Source of the DNA: a virus
Reading direction: 5' to 3' (one strand)
Length of the DNA: 49,369 bases
Virus record (IMG/VR): IMGVR_UViG_3300018079_000007
In this document: positions 33,724-41,960 of the stretch, one piece after another
How positions within the stretch are numbered: position 1 is the first letter of the stretch
How the letters are laid out: each line of letters starts with the position of its first letter
Notes under the pieces: model-generated
Seen by the model: the letters and a program-made list of their open reading frames with translations, nothing else
Told to the model about the DNA's origin: nothing
Database searches by the model: none
Translations under genes and position numbers: made by a program

Positions 33724-34512
33724 ATGGCGAAGCGGAAGGCACAGCCTCAGACAAAGCTCAGTCGGCGCGGTTGCCGCAACGCACTCCTGGTATTGGTCGG
33801 TGTCTGTGGCCTGACATGGGCAGTGAGTCTGAGTGGCCCGCGACGTGTAAGCGAAAATGATAATTCGTCCAACGGGGCAACCAATGACGCACTGGCCGGG
33901 GAAGCCATCCGGTCACAAGCCGACGGGGCAACCCAGGTGGTTGCCGAAGCCACAGCATTTAAGGGCACAGTGACACCGAGCGCAACCATTACCGATACGC
34001 CGTCGCCTACCGTGACACAGACAGCAGCGCCGACAACCAGTGTTGAGATCAGGCGGGAAATTGCAGTAACGTCGATGCCGAATGTGCCGCTGTATTATGT
34101 GATGAGAGACGCGAACGCGAGGCGATGCCCGGAAACGGACTGCGAGGTCATCGTCATTATGCAGGCCGGAGAATATTTTGGCGCGCACGGCCTGGCGTTT
34201 GGCGATGAAGTGAGTGGCAGCACGCAGTGGTATCAAACGAAGGTTGGCCTGGACAGGGAGATTGCTTATGTCCACAGCTCACTGGTGATTAATGCCGAGC
34301 TGGTTGCCCAACCGCAGCAGGTACAGAGCCAGGTGCAGCAACCGCCGGTCAGTCAACCGGTTGTACCGGCACAGAACTGGAATTGCAATGGTGATATTTA
34401 CAACTGCGGCAGTTTTGGATCGAGAGCGGAGATGGACGCCTATTGGTTGGCCTGCCCCGGTGATCCGTCCGACCTGGATGGAAATGAAGACGGAGAGTAT
34501 TGTACCAATTAG
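33724..34512 (+). CDS. Secreted/membrane-anchored protein with an SH3b-like region and a C-terminal Excalibur calcium-binding motif
   Basis: N-terminal TM LLVLVGVCGLTWAV, a Thr/Pro-rich linker, and C-terminal NCNGDIYNCGSF...DLDGNEDGEYC (DxDxDGxxC). Confidence 0.6.
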   Translation: MAKRKAQPQTKLSRRGCRNALLVLVGVCGLTWAVSLSGPRRVSENDNSSNGATNDALAGEAIRSQADGATQVVAEATAFKGTVTPSATITDTPSPTVTQTAAPTTSVEIRREIAVTSMPNVPLYYVMRDANARRCPETDCEVIVIMQAGEYFGAHGLAFGDEVSGSTQWYQTKVGLDREIAYVHSSLVINAELVAQPQQVQSQVQQPPVSQPVVPAQNWNCNGDIYNCGSFGSRAEMDAYWLACPGDPSDLDGNEDGEYCTN

Positions 34513-34765
34513 ACAGAATCGGCACTACTCGTGATAAGGGGGTTTATCACGCAGAGGTTCTAAAGCGCGTGCAAGGTTGCTGATAGGGACAGGGCGTAGG
34601 TTGTCCCTAAAGTGTCCGTTCAAATCGGACAGACGCGAATTCCCTGGCTTTTGAGGGCCAGGGGCGCAACTTCACAATTGAATAGGCAGGTATAAGGGTT
34701 GTAGGGGAATGGTATAAAGCAGGTTTGACGGCTTTATAACCGATAATCGGATCAAAAAGGTTCGA

Positions 34766-35671
34766 TTATCCGACATCGTCCAGATAGAGCAGGTTGGCCG
34801 GTTTGGGTTGAGGGTGGATTGAGGCCAATGACAACCGCCGCGACGCTTCCTGGACATGCTGATTACGCTTGCGCAGGTAGTTGTCCATCGTCGTCCTGAG
34901 CGAAGTATGATTCAACTTGTGCTGGATGTTGTAAGGCGATTCCCCGGCTTCTTCCCAATCATGCGCCAACCGATGGCGAAAGCTGTGCGGGCCGTATTCC
35001 GTACCACAAGCCCGCTGCGCCACCCGGCGCACGATTTGCGACAGACCATCCACCGAGAGCGGATTATGACGCCCGTTGCGGGTGAACACATAATCGTGAT
35101 CGACTTGCGGGCGCTGCGCTAACCAGCGCTCCATCCCAGCAATCGTCGCACCCCAAAAGAAAACATCGACAAACTTACGACCCTTCTCCAGCAGTACGGC
35201 ATGACCCTCGGCCAGGTTGAGCCGTTTGAGCTGGAGCGTGGCAATGCCACCGATACGGGCGCCGGTATCGGCCAGGAACAGGATCAGGGCGTAATCGCGC
35301 GGGTTGGCATAGGCCACCCGCACCATCTGCTCGACAACCGCAGTCGGAATGGCGCGATCCAGGTTCAGATCAACCGGCGGTTTGCGGGCGACCAGGTTGC
35401 GCGCCGGGGAGGCATCGATGTATTCAGCCCGGTGGCACCAGGAGAAGAAGGCTTTTATGACCAGGACGTACTGGAAAAAGCTGGCCGGTTGAACGGCCCC
35501 GACCAGGTCATCGGTGTAAAGCAGGAGTCGGGCCAGTGTGACCTGTCGAATATCGGTATCCGAGCCGATGGCGGCGGTCATGCGGGTCAGGGTGCGGCGA
35601 TAGTGCTGCACCGTATTGGGCGCACGATCTACTTTAAGGAAGGTTTCGAGGGCTTCTTGTAGTGAGGGCAT
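34766..35671 (-). CDS. int: Tyrosine recombinase / phage integrase
   Basis: ADTGARIGG (Arg), HSFRHRLAH (HxxR) and TTMDNYL (Tyr) motifs, plus an N-terminal SAM-like core-binding region. Confidence 0.9.
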   Translation of the reverse strand: MPSLQEALETFLKVDRAPNTVQHYRRTLTRMTAAIGSDTDIRQVTLARLLLYTDDLVGAVQPASFFQYVLVIKAFFSWCHRAEYIDASPARNLVARKPPVDLNLDRAIPTAVVEQMVRVAYANPRDYALILFLADTGARIGGIATLQLKRLNLAEGHAVLLEKGRKFVDVFFWGATIAGMERWLAQRPQVDHDYVFTRNGRHNPLSVDGLSQIVRRVAQRACGTEYGPHSFRHRLAHDWEEAGESPYNIQHKLNHTSLRTTMDNYLRKRNQHVQEASRRLSLASIHPQPKPANLLYLDDVG

Positions 35672-35968
35672 AACAGTTCCTTTCCGAAGCTGCGCAGGAA
35701 GAATTTAGTATTTAGTACAAATATACGCAAGCTGTGCAGCCAGGAAATAACATTTTGTTACAGAATTTGGAACTTCTAATCGATCAAACGGGGAATTCGT
35801 GAAATCTTAACCGCCCGTTCATGAGCCTGGAGCGACACACAACGGGGCAGTGGGAAATAAAACCACCCTGCTGATCGGGCAAGGTGGCGGGGCCAGAAGT
35901 AAATGTACATCTACCGTAAAACTGGCGGCCTGGCGTGATTTTCAACGACGCACCAGACTGCCCCTAAC

Positions 35969-37069
35969 ATGCTAAGGATACAGGAAATGCAGGTAATTTG
36001 CAACGATCTGTGCAAAGTTTTCATAAGACTTTTGTCCTGGATAGCAGGATTTTTCGGGCTGCGTCTGATTCCAGCGGGCGCGCCGGTGCTGCCAGTGGGC
36101 TGGATGATGTTTGATCCGGCACTGGCAAAGGAGATCGGCGTCAACGAGGCGATCATTTTTCAGGGTATTGACGGCTGGGTACAGCATAACCGGTTACGGG
36201 GTAAGAATATAAAGGAAGGGCGCGCCTGGTCGTACAACACGATCCCGAACTGGGGCAAGGTTTTTTGCTGGCTGAATGCCGATTATGTAGGCAAGCTCAT
36301 TCGCAAATTGGAAAAGGATGGCCGACTACTGAGTGCCAAATTTGCGGCCAGGCCATCGGATCAGACCAAATACTACTCCACCACAGCGGGCATCATACCC
36401 GATTCCGACGCGCAGCAATTGTCATTATGGCCCGGAGAAAACATCCGCATGAGGGAGAGAAAAGCACCGCATGATTCTTCAATAACAAAACCCAATAATC
36501 AATCTTCAAGAACCAAAAACCAAAACACCAACACCCGCGCGGGCGCGACCAAAGGTGGTGTTGGTGTTTTCAAAGGTCACATTCCAGGATCAGAGATGCC
36601 TGAGAAAAAGATCGACATCCCGGAAGGGCGACCTGAAGCCGACGAACACGAGCCAGTAACCACCATCCAGGGAACGTCCGCGACGGCAGACAGCAAGACC
36701 ATCCCCCCAGTGCCGCGCGCCCCCCTTCCGCCGCAGGATGTGCCGACGGACGCCGACAGTGCAACCGAAACCGAGACGGCATCGAGTGGGGACACGAAGC
36801 CGGTGGATGTGCCGGAGTGGATGCCAAAATTTTTTGACGGCTCTTCCGACAGCGAACTAGCGCATATTTTGCACAGGTTCACCGAGCCGGTACTGCTGGT
36901 GGCGCGCGATTACGCCCTAAATAGCGATAATCATGTCAAAAACCCACCGGGATTCGTGCGGGTGCAGTTGGCGAAAGGTTGGCGGCCACCGCCTGAAAAG
37001 ATACGGTTTGATAACACGGACAGCATGTCATACATCACGGGCGCGTTCGCCGATTTTATCGAGCATTAG
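35969..37069 (+). CDS. Winged-helix protein, candidate replication initiator/organiser, 366 aa
   Basis: It is the first gene of the rightward middle operon. It has the segment GKLIRKLEKDGRLLSAKF, a low-complexity central region and an acidic C-terminal part. Function is inferred from position only and the start is uncertain. Confidence 0.4.
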   Translation: MLRIQEMQVICNDLCKVFIRLLSWIAGFFGLRLIPAGAPVLPVGWMMFDPALAKEIGVNEAIIFQGIDGWVQHNRLRGKNIKEGRAWSYNTIPNWGKVFCWLNADYVGKLIRKLEKDGRLLSAKFAARPSDQTKYYSTTAGIIPDSDAQQLSLWPGENIRMRERKAPHDSSITKPNNQSSRTKNQNTNTRAGATKGGVGVFKGHIPGSEMPEKKIDIPEGRPEADEHEPVTTIQGTSATADSKTIPPVPRAPLPPQDVPTDADSATETETASSGDTKPVDVPEWMPKFFDGSSDSELAHILHRFTEPVLLVARDYALNSDNHVKNPPGFVRVQLAKGWRPPPEKIRFDNTDSMSYITGAFADFIEH

Positions 37070-37096
37070 ACCGGCGCTGCCGGGGAAAGGTTTGCG

Positions 37097-37393
37097 ATGG
37101 GATTCGCGTTTGTTTTAGATCAAGGCAAGGTTCGAGAAGAATGGGTTGAGAGGTCGCAGCCCGCCGATCCATTCAGTGGCCTGGGTGACTTCGAGATCGC
37201 GTCGGAGTCGTTCGAGATGCTGCAGGCGCGCGAGGCCGAACGAGTATGGCGGGAACGGGCATTGGCGGCGGAGATGAGCCTGCGCTTGATCGCGGCCTGG
37301 TTGCCTGCCAAAAAGACGCCGAAGAAAGACCTGGACAAATACGTGCGCATGAGCCGGGAAGAAGCGTTGAGCCGGTTGGGGTTGGAACTATGA
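37097..37393 (+). CDS. Hypothetical protein, 98 aa
   Basis: ORF with an ATGA overlap to the next gene. Confidence 0.5.
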   Translation: MGFAFVLDQGKVREEWVERSQPADPFSGLGDFEIASESFEMLQAREAERVWRERALAAEMSLRLIAAWLPAKKTPKKDLDKYVRMSREEALSRLGLEL

Positions 37394-37632
37394 AAGGTCA
37401 AGGACTTGTTGAATGGGCGTTGATACTGGTGTTGATACTGGTGTTGGTCGTGGTTATCCTGATTGTTATAGCGGCGGTATTCTTTCCTGGCCTTGAAAAC
37501 GTGCGCGGAAATAACCCGTGCCGGCAGGAGTCGTCATTCGCCTGCAAAGATGAGCGCGTCCGGCTGTGCCTGGAAACCGAACGCTACACAAAAGATCAAT
37601 GTGTGATCCTGGTCGGCGGAGGGAGCAAGTGA
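37390..37632 (+). CDS. Flp-type prepilin-like membrane protein with a Cys-rich C-terminal domain, 80 aa
   Basis: MKG-QGLVEWALILVLILVLVVVILIVIAAVFF places Gly at -1, Glu at +5 and an aromatic residue at +6, followed by a hydrophobic helix. The tail has four Cys. Confidence 0.5.
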   Translation: MKGQGLVEWALILVLILVLVVVILIVIAAVFFPGLENVRGNNPCRQESSFACKDERVRLCLETERYTKDQCVILVGGGSK

Positions 37633-37964
37633 GCGAATACACCATCTTGAAAGACGGAAAAGTGGTGCCAGTGGCCGATGTCTTGGAATGGGGTCGATGG
37701 TTTGAGGACTTTGAAAACCGCCGCGTTGCCAAGACAGAAGTTGGTGGGATCGAAATCAGCACCGTTTTCCTGGGCATTAATCACAATTTTGGAAGTGGCC
37801 GTCCGCTATGGTTCGAGACAATGGTTTTCGGGGGGGCGCTCGATCAGGAAATGGATCGGTACACCACTTTGGAAGAAGCCGTTTTAGGCCACGAGAGGCT
37901 GGTGGCGCAGGTGCAAGGTATGGCAGCGAAAGGAGCAGCCGGTGGACACGAAGAAATTGAGTGA
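37629..37964 (+). CDS. Hypothetical protein, 111 aa
   Basis: The GTG start overlaps the upstream stop (GTGA). Contains the segment PLWFETMVFGG. Confidence 0.5.
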   Translation: MSEYTILKDGKVVPVADVLEWGRWFEDFENRRVAKTEVGGIEISTVFLGINHNFGSGRPLWFETMVFGGALDQEMDRYTTLEEAVLGHERLVAQVQGMAAKGAAGGHEEIE

Positions 37965-38379
37965 GCAGAATTTTGCGGAAATTCGAGACCGCAAGGCTCA
38001 GGCGATCAACCATGTGAACTCATTGACTGCTGGTGAGCGATTCCGTACCACTATTCCTGCTCGTGAAACCGACAGCGATGTCGTTATATCCAATAGCCTA
38101 CATGATGTCAGCGCGCTGCTGGATCACATCGACGCGATGGAGGCCGAGTACAGGGCCGGGATGCAGCGCGCCATCGATGACGCTTTCCGGCAGGCCGAGG
38201 CGACGAGTGCGTTCATGAATGAACAGACGGCGCGGATCGGGGAGTTGGAGCAGGAAGTCGAGAGAAAGGCCGGATATGCAGCGTTCCTGTATTCCTGCGC
38301 GAAATGCGGTGAGCAGCCCGAAACATACGAGTGGTATCTCAATCGGAATAATACCGATAAAGCAAACACCCCAGAATAG
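37942..38379 (+). CDS. Hypothetical coiled-coil protein, 145 aa
   Basis: ORF in the operon. The start is uncertain. Confidence 0.45.
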   Translation: MDTKKLSEQNFAEIRDRKAQAINHVNSLTAGERFRTTIPARETDSDVVISNSLHDVSALLDHIDAMEAEYRAGMQRAIDDAFRQAEATSAFMNEQTARIGELEQEVERKAGYAAFLYSCAKCGEQPETYEWYLNRNNTDKANTPE

Positions 38380-38405
38380 ACCTGGGGCGTTCACCGTTAT
38401 TTTTA

Positions 38406-38421
38406 TTGTCCTAGAGGACAA
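38406..38421. promoter_or_regulatory. 16-bp palindrome TTGTCCT-AG-AGGACAA upstream of parA (operator or centromere-like candidate)
   Basis: 7-bp inverted arms read from the sequence, ending 13 nt before the parA ATG. Confidence 0.35.
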
Positions 38422-38434
38422 GAAAGAGTGTAAC

Positions 38435-39364
38435 ATGCGTGCAAAGATAATTGCAACCATGAACCGCAAAGGCGGCGTCGGCAAATCGACCATCAACCAG
38501 CATATCGCCATGCTGCTGGCGGCGCTGGGCAACCGCATCGGGATTGTGGACACCGACAGCCAGGGACACGCGGCGCTGATAACGGGGATGACCCATTATG
38601 TGGTGGTGCGCCCAGATGGCCGTCGTATCCCTGTCGGAACGGAAATCCCCGATCTGGAAGGCTTTCCGGCGGGCTGCTGGATTGACGAAGACCGCGAGGT
38701 GAACAATGGACTATTCCGGGCGCTGATCGAAAACGCGGCGCTGGCGTCGGTGGTGCTGGAAGTGCCAGGGGCAAACTATGCGCTGCCTTACGCGCCAGCG
38801 ACGGGCGCGCTGTTCCTGCTGCCGTCGTCGGATCGTACCTACAAAATTCCAAGCGAGATCAGCCCCGGCAAAATCTTCGCGCTGCTGCGCTTGATCGAGA
38901 CCATGATCGCGCAGTATCGATTGGATGCCGTGTTCATCGACACCAACCCGACGCTCAACCTGTTCGACGCCTGGGTGTTCATGGCCGCTGATGCCTACCT
39001 CTACGTGACGGAGTGCGAACAGATGGCTTTTGATGGCATCAAAGCGGCCACGCAGCAGATCGCCAATGTGCAGCAAGACCGGCGCGAGTATCTTAAGCGC
39101 GATGCCGAACTACTGGGGATTATCCCGAACAAGTTCCGCGCCAACACCTACATCCACAAGCGCAACATTAAACACCTGGGCGAAGCGTTTCCAGGGAAGG
39201 TGTGGCATCCGGTGACGTTGCGGACGGATTGGGTCGAGGCGACAGAGCTGCACCGCCCAGTCTACCAGAGCGCGCCTAACAAACAGGCGGCGCGCGACAT
39301 CCACTACATTGTGGGGAAAGTACAGGAGGCATTGGGATGGTCAACCGCAACCGCGACGAACTAG
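38435..39364 (+). CDS. parA: ParA/Soj-family ATPase, 309 aa
   Basis: Deviant Walker A motif NRKGGVGKST, followed by VDTDSQG. The start at 38435 is preferred over the upstream ORF-track start at 38219. Confidence 0.8.
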   Translation: MRAKIIATMNRKGGVGKSTINQHIAMLLAALGNRIGIVDTDSQGHAALITGMTHYVVVRPDGRRIPVGTEIPDLEGFPAGCWIDEDREVNNGLFRALIENAALASVVLEVPGANYALPYAPATGALFLLPSSDRTYKIPSEISPGKIFALLRLIETMIAQYRLDAVFIDTNPTLNLFDAWVFMAADAYLYVTECEQMAFDGIKAATQQIANVQQDRREYLKRDAELLGIIPNKFRANTYIHKRNIKHLGEAFPGKVWHPVTLRTDWVEATELHRPVYQSAPNKQAARDIHYIVGKVQEALGWSTATATN

Positions 39365-40032
39365 AGCAGCAGCTCAATCCGTTTTCGATCATGGATCGGG
39401 CCATCGGCGATGCGCCGCAGACTGTGATGCCGGATAACGCCCTGGTCAAACGCGAGGATGGGGCGCTGGTGTACAAACAGTTCGTGCTGTCGGCAACAGC
39501 ACTGGCGATCCCCGACGGCACGGACGAAGCCGAATGGCAGGATGTTGGCAGGGTGCTGCGTGGCATGGAGTCGGCGGTATCCTGGTGGGTGGGCGATTGG
39601 GCGGTCTATGCCAACCGGACATGGAAGGCGACGGCCAAACAAATCGCCGCCATCTTTGAATACGAGCCAGCGACCATCGAGGCTTATCTCTCAGTGGCGA
39701 ATCATGTTCACGGTATGATTCGGAATCATACCGTGAGTTTCAGCCATCACCGGCTGGTGATGGGATTGCCGGAAGATCAGCAGCGGCATTGGATTGAGCG
39801 GGCGGCGCAGGCAACGCCACCCTGGACGCTGGCGCAAATGCGCGAGGCGATGAAAGGCAGTATTGACCCTCCAGAACGGCTGATGCCGGAGGAAATCAAA
39901 GGCGATTGGAGTTATCTGCGCTCACTGGACAGCCGCCCGCGCAGCCCGGACGAGCGCAACCAGGCGCAGATCAAGATTGACCGGGTGCGAGAGGCGTTGA
40001 ATGAAGTCGAGCGAAAGTTATGGGAGGATTAG
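39337..40032 (+). CDS. ParB-like / DNA-binding partner candidate, 231 aa
   Basis: It lies immediately downstream of and overlapping parA. Segments WWVGDWAVYANRTW and SFSHHRLVMGLPEDQQRHWIERA resemble phage ParB-like HTH proteins. The call is tentative. Confidence 0.4.
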   Translation: MVNRNRDELEQQLNPFSIMDRAIGDAPQTVMPDNALVKREDGALVYKQFVLSATALAIPDGTDEAEWQDVGRVLRGMESAVSWWVGDWAVYANRTWKATAKQIAAIFEYEPATIEAYLSVANHVHGMIRNHTVSFSHHRLVMGLPEDQQRHWIERAAQATPPWTLAQMREAMKGSIDPPERLMPEEIKGDWSYLRSLDSRPRSPDERNQAQIKIDRVREALNEVERKLWED

Positions 40033-40509
40033 ATGACCAGCTTTATCCCTGACCTAAAGATCGAAGCGCAGACCATCCCTTTCTTTGAGGATGTGAAGGC
40101 CGATGTTGCGCCCGGTTATCGCACGCGCATGAAGCCAAAGGCGCTTCAAAACGAGATCGCTAATTTGCTTATGAAACTCGGCGCTGGGGCGATCACCTTT
40201 GTGCCGGGGCAATATCCCGGCGTCCCGATTCGTTACGGCTACCAGCTTCGATTTAATTTACAAGGCATACCAGGGCGGATTGACATCGCGGCGTTACCGA
40301 TGCGAACGGAAACCGCAACCAAGAAGGAATCGGCGCAGGCACAGGCGTTGTTTTTGGTGCGGGATTGGCTTCAAGGTGAAGTTTTTAGTACCATCTACCG
40401 CCCCGGCACAATGCCCCTGATGCCCTATCTTATTGGTGAAGGTGGTAAAACGGTGACTGAGGCGATGATCGAAACACGGCGATTGCCGATGTTAGGAAGT
40501 GGATCATGA
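40033..40509 (+). CDS. Hypothetical protein, 158 aa
   Basis: ORF in the operon. Confidence 0.5.
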   Translation: MTSFIPDLKIEAQTIPFFEDVKADVAPGYRTRMKPKALQNEIANLLMKLGAGAITFVPGQYPGVPIRYGYQLRFNLQGIPGRIDIAALPMRTETATKKESAQAQALFLVRDWLQGEVFSTIYRPGTMPLMPYLIGEGGKTVTEAMIETRRLPMLGSGS

Positions 40510-40850
40510 GAGGCGATAACACCAAACGCTACCGGGTGCTGAACCTGATCCGGCGCGTCAACCTGGAAACGGCCAGCCCCAAGAAACGGGCCGTCATCAA
40601 GCTGCTGGAATGGCAACCGGAAGCCGAGGCGATCCGCTTTGAAGGGCGCTGCCACTGCAAAGGCCAATGCCTGATGAGTTACCGGCTGCCGATGCTGGAA
40701 GACATAACGCGCAACAAAGACAACGAGAGCTGCGGCTACTTTTGCCCATCATGTCATTTCGGCAACGCGGGCAGCAGGCCCAAACAATACGAACGGAAGG
40801 CGACGAGAAAAGCCGAATTTTCGGCAGAAGGAAATGATGATGGCATTTGA
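40506..40850 (+). CDS. Cysteine-rich hypothetical protein, 114 aa
   Basis: ATGA overlap. Has CHCKGQC and CPSCHFG motifs. Confidence 0.5.
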   Translation: MRGDNTKRYRVLNLIRRVNLETASPKKRAVIKLLEWQPEAEAIRFEGRCHCKGQCLMSYRLPMLEDITRNKDNESCGYFCPSCHFGNAGSRPKQYERKATRKAEFSAEGNDDGI

Positions 40851-41334
40851 AGCACATTGTATTGTTGAGATTATGGGGCATCAGGTCATTGCCGGAAAAG
40901 TATCCGAGGAAACCCATTTCGGATCGCCGCTGATGCGCGTCGATGTCCCCAAGACCAGCAAGCGCGACAGCTTCACGGTCTACTACGGCGGCGGAGCCAT
41001 CTACAAGATCACACCGACCACCGAGGAAATTTGCGCGGCCTTCGTCGAGAAGCAAGAGCCAGAGCCGATCAAGCCCTACATGCTGGCGCTGCCGACGCTG
41101 GCGGAGAAGGTCGTGACTGGGCGCATGATCGAAGAAGAAGATGACGGCTATGGGGATTATGACGACGACGAGGATGATGATTATGATCCTCAATATGATC
41201 CTGATCCCGAAGACGAATATGACCGGGTGAAGGATGACCCTGAACCCATCAGCGATGAAGCGGTGGCCGATGAAGGGAAGGCCGCCGAGCCAGAAACGCA
41301 GGTAGTCAGCGAACCAGAAAAGCCGGGTGAATAG
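40834..41334 (+). CDS. Hypothetical protein with a highly acidic C-terminal tail, 166 aa
   Basis: Tail sequence DDDEDDDYDPQYDPDPEDEYD. The stop lies in the loop of a terminator hairpin. Confidence 0.55.
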   Translation: MMMAFEAHCIVEIMGHQVIAGKVSEETHFGSPLMRVDVPKTSKRDSFTVYYGGGAIYKITPTTEEICAAFVEKQEPEPIKPYMLALPTLAEKVVTGRMIEEEDDGYGDYDDDEDDDYDPQYDPDPEDEYDRVKDDPEPISDEAVADEGKAAEPETQVVSEPEKPGE

Positions 41335-41344
41335 CCCGGCTTTT
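41318..41344. terminator. Intrinsic terminator hairpin flanked by A-run and T-run
   Basis: AAAA-GCCGGG-TGAATAG-CCCGGC-TTTT. Confidence 0.65.
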
Positions 41345-41387
41345 CATTTAATTGCACAGATGTTTGCAAAGCCAGGAGAGGGGCAGG

Positions 41388-41708
41388 ATGGCAAAAATCG
41401 ACGCGGGCAGTTTGAGTTATATGCAGCATCGGGCGTACACCTTTATCCGCTTGCCGCACCGGCAACGGCGGCGACACATCCGGCGCGAACGACATAAGGC
41501 GCTGCGCGATCTACCCTTGCTGTACGAAGTGCTGGTGCTGCTGCATGGCCGCCAGTGCGCCGTTTGCGGCTGCAAATACAACCTGACGATTGACCATATT
41601 TTGCCTATCAGCCGGGGCGGGCGCACGACGATGGCGAATCTGCAACTGCTGTGCGAACGCCACAACAAGGAAAAGGACGCTGAGATTATGGATTTTCGGG
41701 AGGGATAG
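41388..41708 (+). CDS. HNH endonuclease, 106 aa
   Basis: CAVCGCKYNLTIDHILPISRGGRTTMANLQLLCERHNKEK. The ATG at 41388 follows AGGAGAGGGG. Confidence 0.85.
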   Translation: MAKIDAGSLSYMQHRAYTFIRLPHRQRRRHIRRERHKALRDLPLLYEVLVLLHGRQCAVCGCKYNLTIDHILPISRGGRTTMANLQLLCERHNKEKDAEIMDFREG

Positions 41709-41960
41709 ATGGGGCGCAAACCGAACATCGAACCGGCGACGGCCTACGATTACCGGCGTTATATCGCACTGGTGCAGGTGCTGGCGACATCGCGGAATGA
41801 TGAGCCGATCCGCGAGTTATGCGCGCTGTGGGGCGTGGAAGTGGTGAAAGATAAGTCAATGCCGCCCTATCGCGGACGGTATTACCTGAACGTGTGGGCG
41901 ACGCTGCAGGCGCTGGCGCAGCATGTGATCGAACAGCAGAGAGAGGTCAATCATGAATAA
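41709..41960 (+). CDS. Hypothetical protein, 83 aa
   Basis: ORF directly abutting the HNH stop. Confidence 0.5.
   Translation: MGRKPNIEPATAYDYRRYIALVQVLATSRNDEPIRELCALWGVEVVKDKSMPPYRGRYYLNVWATLQALAQHVIEQQREVNHE

Noticed and set aside
34566-34638. A possible complete tRNA gene: a 72-nt span ending in the T-arm-like hairpin.
   Set aside because: Only 5 of 7 acceptor pairs form, and position 72 would be G (C1-G72). No 5-bp anticodon stem with a 7-nt loop can be drawn, because the GGGAC/GTCCC stem encloses 12 nt. The D-arm does not pair. Only the T-arm fragment is kept as an attP hint.
35704-35717. Tandem TTTAGTA TTTAGTA in the AT-rich region upstream of int, as possible integrase arm-type sites or an attP core.
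   Set aside because: There are only two short adjacent copies and no further matching sites elsewhere in the int-flanking regions. That is too little to call binding sites from sequence alone.
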